Source of the DNA: Octopus bimaculoides
Lineage: Eukaryota
NCBI RefSeq assembly: GCF_001194135.2
Contig: NC_068982.1
Location: forward strand, 147,881,740 to 147,938,644
Length of the DNA: 56,905 nt
Reading direction: 5' to 3'
Positions 50,150-56,905 of this stretch are shown here, piece by piece (the first letter of the stretch is position 1; the number at the start of each line of letters is the position of its first letter). A model generated the notes under the pieces. The model searched no databases. It saw only the letters and a list, made by a program, of their open reading frames with translations, and was not told the DNA's origin. A program made the position numbers and the translations under genes.

Positions 50150-50800
50150 TTTGCATACAATCTACAGATACAACCAGATAAAATCTGCACCCGTCAGACA
50201 TCAGTAAAAGAATGCATTCCATTTCAAGGCCGATCACCTTGTTACTGGCCCTAAGTAATTGCCTTTCTATCCACTTATAATCAATTTTGGCTGGTATGAA
50301 AAAAAAAGTAGTAACTTTTAAACTTTGCAACTAGCTCTTGATAAAGTCCATCGTAGCAGGTCTGTAGGAGGCGACTTGCTCCACATGTAATGAGCGAGTG
50401 AAAACAATGAATCTTGACGCACTCCAGTTCTACATTTTGTCCGACCTTATTCGTCTCAACTGGTGTTCTTTCCATTCTATCATCTAACCTTGCCGAAAGG
50501 AATGAATCACTGGAATCACTTTTCTCTGATTTGCTTCATACTGGGAATCTAGGACTACATTATCCAATGTGCACTGACCGTTTTCAATGCATTACAGTGT
50601 TTGAGGTAGTTTTGACGGTGTTTTTTTTTTTCAGTAGTTGTAACGAAATCTTTGGTCAGAACTCGAGTTTGTTGTTTAGATTAGAATCTTAGGATCTGAT
50701 GGCAAGATGTTGTGGCCAACGATCCTGAAATCCCGATATCTCAACATTTCAAGATGCTATTCCGTGCAGTCTTAACCAATATTTTAAACAGCAGGCTGCG
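50150..50800 (-). pseudogene. RTE-like reverse transcriptase remnant
   Basis: Minus-strand fragments KQIREK, TGVRQDSLFS (cf. TGVRQGCVLSP) and LLRASNKVIGLEM (cf. LxxASxKVGLxIN) in the expected order. Confidence 0.4.
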
Positions 50801-51084
50801 ATTCGAGTGAATTTGGCAATACTGATCATCCTTAATTCTTATTCTTCAAATCGACTTTCTGCACTTGCCAAAGAAGTGATAAATGAATTACTCAATAAGT
50901 ATTTAATTTAAATAAATTTGCTTTGAACGCATGATTCATGCTTGCAACAAATTACATATCGATTTTATACTTATCATGTCTCTGAATTATTTGATTATTT
51001 AACTGTTAATTTCATGCCTTTAGATATAAAAAAATAAATAAAGACAAGGCTTTCGAATTTGCATAAATTTGTAAAATGTATAAA

Positions 51085-51114
51085 TACAACAACAACAACA
51101 ACAACAACAACAGC

Positions 51115-51180
<66 letters not shown>

Positions 51181-51210
51181 TATTATTATTATCATTATTA
51201 TTATTATAAT
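51085..51210. repeat. (AAC)n-(AAT)n-(ATT)n compound microsatellite
   Basis: Direct reading. Confidence 0.95.
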
Positions 51211-51534
51211 AAAATTGTAAATGAAAAAACTTTAATGCTTATATTGAGTTATAAAATTTGTTTTCTTGCTTAAAAATGAATTAAGTTGGTCAGATTATTT
51301 GCAAGTTGCTTACACGTCCCTTATCTATTTAGCTACTAAAACGCTTATTGACAACGAGGTTATATTTAACTTCTGTTCTTTTACAGGTTTTTCTTATTGG
51401 ACATAGCTATGCTTGGACAGCTAACTTCAAGTTGTTTAGTCAAATATCGATCCACAATGCATCGTCTGATACTTTATTAACTAACGATTACCTTAGTACA
51501 TTTAAAGGGCCTAACTAGGTAGATTACATACCAC

Positions 51535-51670
51535 GAGGTATGTATGTATATATGGAAGTCATTATTCAGTTTTATTTTAAGATTTCTTGCTAATAGAAAA
51601 AGAGCCGGTTTTTAACCTAGATCCATAGCTCCTTCATTGGAGTTTCAACATCAACAGGGTGTTTTTAATA
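51535..51670 (-). mobile_element. R4 subfamily B terminal 3' UTR
   Basis: gtcattattcagttttattttaagatttcttgc...gagccggtttttaacctagatccatagctc; flanked by gtatgtatgtat. Confidence 0.8.
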
Positions 51671-51894
51671 TCTTCTGAGTTTTTACATCAATGGCTCGGA
51701 ATTTATGATGCACCTGTTGATGCGGAAAAATCATGCCCTGGCACAGAGTTTACAATTATCGGTGCACCTAAGTGAAGACCTTATAAATTTTATAATTAAA
51801 TAGCAACTGTACGGTGACCCAAAATCACAATGTTTGACTACATATTGTGATCTCTGGGTATAATCTGAGGGCTTCATATGTAACACCTTATGCT

Positions 51895-51918
51895 TCGTGG
51901 CTTCTGGACCACCCTGTA
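51895..51918. mobile_element. Isolated Tc1/mariner-like right TIR
   Basis: cttctggaccaccctg|TA (reverse TA|CAGGGTGGTCC); no partner seen. Confidence 0.3.
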
Positions 51919-52309
51919 ATAGTGTGGATAATTGCTATTAACAGGTAGTAAGGCAGTATCGAGCCCTTGTCCGTAACACAATTTCAGTTCACTTTGTTTT
52001 ATATTTCAAATATACTTGAATATTTATCTGTCACCCTTATAATGTTTTTGACCACATTCTGATATTGCTAGTGAAGGTCTTATATTTTAAGACGTTTTTA
52101 TGACGTGCGGAATGAATAATATGACACTTAGGACCTGCAGGAAAGAGAAACAGAAAATAATTTTTCTCAATTTTTTTTGACCAATGATCACAGTATAGTT
52201 TTTGTCGCTTGTATATCACAACTGCTGTTTTATTTCTGAAATGATTAGTTTGGAGAATATAAAAATTAATTTTGAAGTCATTTATGTGTAAAATCCGTAC
52301 CATTTGTTT

Positions 52310-52803
52310 GTTTATTTTACTTTTTACTCTTTTACTTGTTTCAGTCATTTGACTGCGGCCATGCTGGAGCACCGCCTTTAGTCGAGCAAATCGACCCCGG
52401 GACTAATTTTTTGTAAGCCTAGTACTTTTGCCGAACCGCTAAGTTAGGAGGCGTAAACACACCAGCATCTGTTGTCAAGCGATGATGGGGGGACAAACAC
52501 AGACGCAGAAACATATTCTTCGAAACGCTTAGTTTTAGAATGGTGGCAGCTGATGAAGGAAATGTTCTCTATATGGCCTGTGTGTTTTCTGTGCTTTGTT
52601 TATGTTCTGTTTTTCATTTTGTCCACATTTTTATTTTGTGACGTCCTGTACCCAGATATGCATCTATATATACATGTAGATGTAGGTATGTACATACATG
52701 TACGCATATATGCATATACTCACATATTATTTATATATATATGAACCCAGAACCATGTGGTTGGTAAGCAAGCTACTTTCCACACAGCCACTCCTGCGCC
52801 TAT
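52310..52803 (-). mobile_element. CORE-like SINE whose central part is replaced by about 236 bp of foreign sequence
   Basis: Tail 52310-52505 and tRNA head 52742-52803 are recognisable; the CORE body is absent and the insert carries GAAAC...CTGATGAAGG. Confidence 0.75.
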
Positions 52804-55166
52804 TTGTTTATTTATAATGAAAATGAAGATAGGAATCCATATAAAAATAATTTCCTCAAGATTTGGAGGCAGCGAGTGAGCTTCAAAATTGACGAGCAGT
52901 CTGCAAGGGCATATTTTTTTGTTTCAAAAAAGAAAAAGTGGCTGGAAACACGACTTAATTTGGTCCAAAGTTCACTGCCTTGAATCGAAGACAAGAGTGT
53001 CACAGCTTATCACGGAAGACTTTGTTATAACCTAGTAGAAAGATATTTTAGATGAAAACTTCCAGAGTAGGTCTTATTTACTTTTAAATAACTGAATATT
53101 TATAAACTATAGATTTACACGGTTTCATTGAAAAAATTAAAAGTAGAAAATTAATTGAAATTCTATTATCGATAGAACTTTGCAAAGTGAATAAAAGTTG
53201 TTGCTGTCACCGCCACGGCCGTCTTCACCACTGTTGTCGTCACCACCACTACCTCCACAACCATCACTCTCGCCACCACCGCCATCGCTGCCACTTCCCG
53301 TCACCGCCTTCGCTACCGCCATTGTCGCCGTTGTCGTCATCGTTCATGAGCACCACACACACATTAGATAGACCACGGAACTCGTGCGAGTTCGACTGAC
53401 TTGCTATTATTAGCAGCCAAATTTCTCTAAATCACACCGTAATTTCTTAGAAATATGCAGCTTATATCGGATCTTTGGCAACCATGATGTTCCAGAAATA
53501 CGAGATGAGTTGATCCGGTCTGCCACTCACGTGGAACAATGTACAGTTGACGTAGAAACAACAAAGCATTGGGACAATAAACAGAACAGGGTTTGAACCT
53601 ATGTATCAGAAATCTGAATTATCAGAGTTAACAAAAGCAGCAACAGTAACCATTTTCCATTGGTTGGTAATGCTATGACGTAAACCCAAATCTTTTTTTT
53701 TTTAGAGCGTGTATCCATATTTACTTTACTTGTCCCTCTACTCTAGTGTTCTCTTATTCATTATTCATTTCTAATACGGCTTTAAAAGAAGATTTTTTTT
53801 TTTTTTTTTAATCTATTTTGTATGTCTGCTTACATACAGCTTATTGCAGAGTATTAAAACAATGCGAAAGTAACTAAGTACATAAGAAGAAAAACAAAAT
53901 TGATTCTAGTCATTAGACAAACTTGAAAATGCTCAAACGTTGTTTACCCAAGCACCTGCACCCTGGAGCAGATCTCTTTTTCTATATTGTCGTTTGTACG
54001 AAACATGCGTTACGTTAGTGTAATCTGGCTTTGAAAACACTCCTTTTCCATTATTATGTGTAGCAAACGGCTTTATATTCTCATACAGCTGAATACATAC
54101 AATGCAGAAATAGAAATCTGTAAAATGTCACTTTCATCCACACCGCACCTCAAAAACTCCGCTCTATGATATGTAATTCCCGCTCGGTTGGTTGGTCGCT
54201 CACTCACCCACTCACTCACTCACTCAGTCACTCACTCACTCACGCATTCATACTTCCTTGCCCATTCTCTCTCTCTCTCTCTCTCTCTCTNNNNNNNNNN
54301 NNNNNNNNNNNNNNNNNNNNNNNNNNNNNNNNNNNNNNNNNNNNNNNNNNNNNNNNNNNNNNNNNNNNNNNNNNNNNNNNNNNNNNNNNNNNNNNNNNNN
54401 NNNNNNNNNNNNNNNNNNNNNNNNNNNNNNNNNNNNNNNNNNNNNNNNNNNNNNNNNNNNNNNNNNNNNNNNNNNNNNNNNNNNNNNNNNNNNNNNNNNN
54501 NNNNNNNNNNNNNNNNNNNNNNNNNNNNNNNNNNNNNNNNNNNNNNNNNNNNNNNNNNNNNNNNNNNNNNNNNNNNNNNNNNNNNNNNNNNNNNNNNNNN
54601 NNNNNNNNNNNNNNNNNNNNNNNNNNNNNNNNNNNNNNNNNNNNNNNNNNNNNNNNNNNNNNNNNNNNNNNNNNNNNNNNNNNNNNNNNNNNNNNNNNNN
54701 NNNNNNNNNNNNNNNNNNNNNNNNNNNNNNNNNNNNNNNNNNNNNNNNNNNNNNNNNNNNNNNNNNNNNNNNNNNNNNNNNNNNNNNNNNNNNNNNNNNN
54801 NNNNNNNNNNNNNNNNNNNNNNNNNNNNNNNNNNNNNNNNNNNNNNNNNNNNNNNNNNNNNNNNNNNNNNNNNNNNNNNNNNNNNNNNNNNNNNNNNNNN
54901 NNNNNNNNNNNNNNNNNNNNNNNNNNNNNNNNNNNNNNNNNNNNNNNNNNNNNNNNNNNNNNNNNNNNNNNNNNNNNNNNNNNNNNNNNNNNNNNNNNNN
55001 NNNNNNNNNNNNNNNNNNNNNNNNNNNNNNNNNNNNNNNNNNNNNNNNNNNNNNNNNNNNNNNNNNNNNNNNNNNNNNNNNNNNNNNNNNNNNNNNNNNN
55101 NNNNNNNNNNNNNNNNNNNNNNNNNNNNNNNNNNNNNNNNNNNNNNNNNNNNNNNNNNNNNNNNNN

Positions 55167-55204
<38 letters not shown>

Positions 55205-55254
55205 TTTATTGTGAAGGTCGAAATGTGTATTGTAAGGTACAAACAAGAGGATGA

Positions 55255-55388
55255 CAGTACTGCTGTTAGAACAGCAGAAATAATGGGTAAATTACCCCTT
55301 GGGGGATGTGGGTTCGAGTCCCATGGCTGTTTGTTGAAAAATTTTCCGCTATTTACCCACTATTTCTGCAGTTCTAACGGCAGTACTG
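55255..55388. other. 134-bp fold-back element: 38-bp inverted arms around a tRNA T-arm/B-box
   Basis: Arms 55255-55292 and 55351-55388 (35/38 complementary); loop contains gtggGTTCGAGTCccat. Confidence 0.85.
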
Positions 55389-55774
55389 CGTTCCCCAAAA
55401 TATCTTCTTGTTTGTATTGTACAATATATATGTGTGTATATATATATTTGAGGAAGATCTCTGGTTTACCATCCAAGTAAGAAGTGCAAAAGATTGGCTT
55501 AACTGCTACGTCACACGTAGCTGTGAAATTTCTTTCCTTTTTTCCCTCATTTTTTTCTGTTTTCCTTTTTTATTTTTTCTATTGTTTATTTTTATTTTTC
55601 CTTTTTTATTTTTTTATTTTTTCACTTTTTTCTATCTCATATCTCGACTTCATAAACGAACACATTTTATTGTTCATTTAATGGCTTACCAATGCATACA
55701 GTGAGTCTGTTTGCCCTAGGTATCGGGAAGGTGCTGGGAAAGAAAGGGAAGCAAAATCGAAATAATAATGATAA

Positions 55775-56025
55775 TAATGAATGACCTTCCGAGGCACAAG
55801 CCAGGGCAAGATTGTTTGTGGGAGGCAACCAGTCGCCCATGCATACCAGCCTCCCCTCTCCACTCCACTGATGTTATCCAAGGGAAAGGCAAAGGCCGAT
55901 ACAGCTTGGCACCTGTGACGTCGCAACTCATTTCTACAGATGAGTGAACTGGAGCAACGTGAAATAAAGTGTCTTGCTCAAGAACACAACACACAGCCCG
56001 GTCCGGGAATCGAACTCACAACCTA
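55775..56025 (-). mobile_element. tRNA-CORE-like SINE of another tail type, head cut by the adjacent LINE
   Basis: Reverse: gagttcgattcccggacc...gttcttgagcaagacactttatttcacgttgctccag...gcgacgtcacaggtgccaagctgtatcggcc. Confidence 0.75.
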
Positions 56026-56026
56026 G

Positions 56027-56343
56027 CATATATGGGTATGCCACTAGCCCAGAAGGAATATAAGAGACGCCACGACACTATAGCCAGGTTTGTCCATTGG
56101 ACCCTTTGCCACAAGTATGGTCTTGATAAAGAAAAAAATTGGTACGACCACAAACCCGAAAATGATAATGATAATGCAAAGATCCTGTGGGATTTTATGA
56201 TTCAGTGCGACCATGAGATAGAAAATAGGAAGTCAGACATAGTCTTAATTGAGAAAGAAAATAAACTATGCTAGATCATAGATATAGCATGCCCAGCTGA
56301 CAACAAGGTATGCGATAGGGAAGAAAGAAGAGTCCATAGGTGT
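56027..56343 (+). pseudogene. Dong-like R4-clade LINE fragment (REL domain)
   Basis: LAQKEYKRRHDTIARFVHW...WYDHKPE...KILWDFMIQCDHEIENRKSDIVLIEK...IIDIACP. Confidence 0.9.
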
Positions 56344-56344
56344 A

Positions 56345-56815
56345 TGTGTGCCTTAGGTATGTGCTGTAGTTTGTTGTGATGCTCTTATAGCTACTGTATT
56401 GAAAGTGTTTTACGTAGGATGTGTGCAGTACCTTGTAGTGCTATTTTCTGCATATTATATATATTTGTAAGTCCTGGTGTTTTTGTTATGTATTTGTCTG
56501 AATATTTTTTTATCATACCTAATGCGCCCACTATGATAGGAATTGTTTCTGTTTTTAGACTCCACATTCGAGTTACCTCTATTTCAAGGTCTTTGTATTT
56601 TGAAAGTTTCTCCATTTCTTTTAGAGAAACTTTGTCATCTCTTGGTACTGATACACCAATTAGAAAACACTTTCTTCTTCATGATCTCTGACAACTATGT
56701 CTGGCCTATTGGCCTTAATTTCTCTATCTGTGTATATTGGCATATAACATAGTATTGTTAATTTCTCTTTTTCTATGACCTTTTCTGGCGTGTGTTATTC
56801 CATAGTGCTGGCATA
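56345..56815 (-). pseudogene. Dong-like R4-clade LINE 3' end (REL C-terminus and partial 3' UTR)
   Basis: TDREIKANRPDIVV; VSVPRDDKVSLKEMEKLSKYKDLEIEVTRMW...IPIIVGALG...QKIALQGTAHILRK; stop at 56391; the 5' end abuts (TGA)n/(TAA)n. Confidence 0.92.
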
Positions 56816-56817
56816 GT

Positions 56818-56905
<88 letters not shown>
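56818..56905. repeat. (ATC)n-(ATT)n compound microsatellite
   Basis: Direct reading. Confidence 0.97.

Noticed and set aside
52037-52300. Tigger DDE_1-like peptide (LFLFPAGPKCHII)
   Set aside because: Similarity too weak; no catalytic residues or TIR linkage.
53544-53615. Minus-strand 68-bp exon with donor CAC|gtgagt
   Set aside because: All three frames are open only because the segment is short; no recognisable peptide and a mediocre acceptor.

Overview
AT-rich eukaryotic draft-assembly DNA with 19 N-gaps, most flanked by (TA)n, (CA)n or (CT)n. The SINE families and microsatellite load are consistent with an octopus/cephalopod genome (inference from recalled repeat families; no search was run). 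No intact protein-coding gene, tRNA gene, rRNA or CRISPR array is supported. Nearly all long ORFs in the track are artefacts of N-runs or microsatellites. The window is a layered retroelement/transposon graveyard. It holds nine pieces of R4/Dong-clade (restriction-like endonuclease, REL) LINEs, plus RTE, CR1/L2 and Penelope-like remnants. It also holds many tRNA-derived SINEs with CORE-, Meta- or Nin/Deu-like middle domains, Tigger/Tc2/hAT MITEs, and a hAT-Charlie transposase pseudogene split by an internally deleted Merlin element. The best lead is an R4-type LINE lineage (two subfamilies) whose junctions sit in (CATA)n. The subfamilies share a 30-nt structured 3'-UTR motif and stack head-to-tail, which suggests (CATA)n microsatellite targeting, alongside a separate (TAA)n/(TGA)n-associated Dong-like lineage. 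Other leads are a 134-bp hairpin element with a Pol III B-box in its loop, Penelope-type minimal hammerhead motifs, a perfect 59-bp palindrome and a few candidate host exons.
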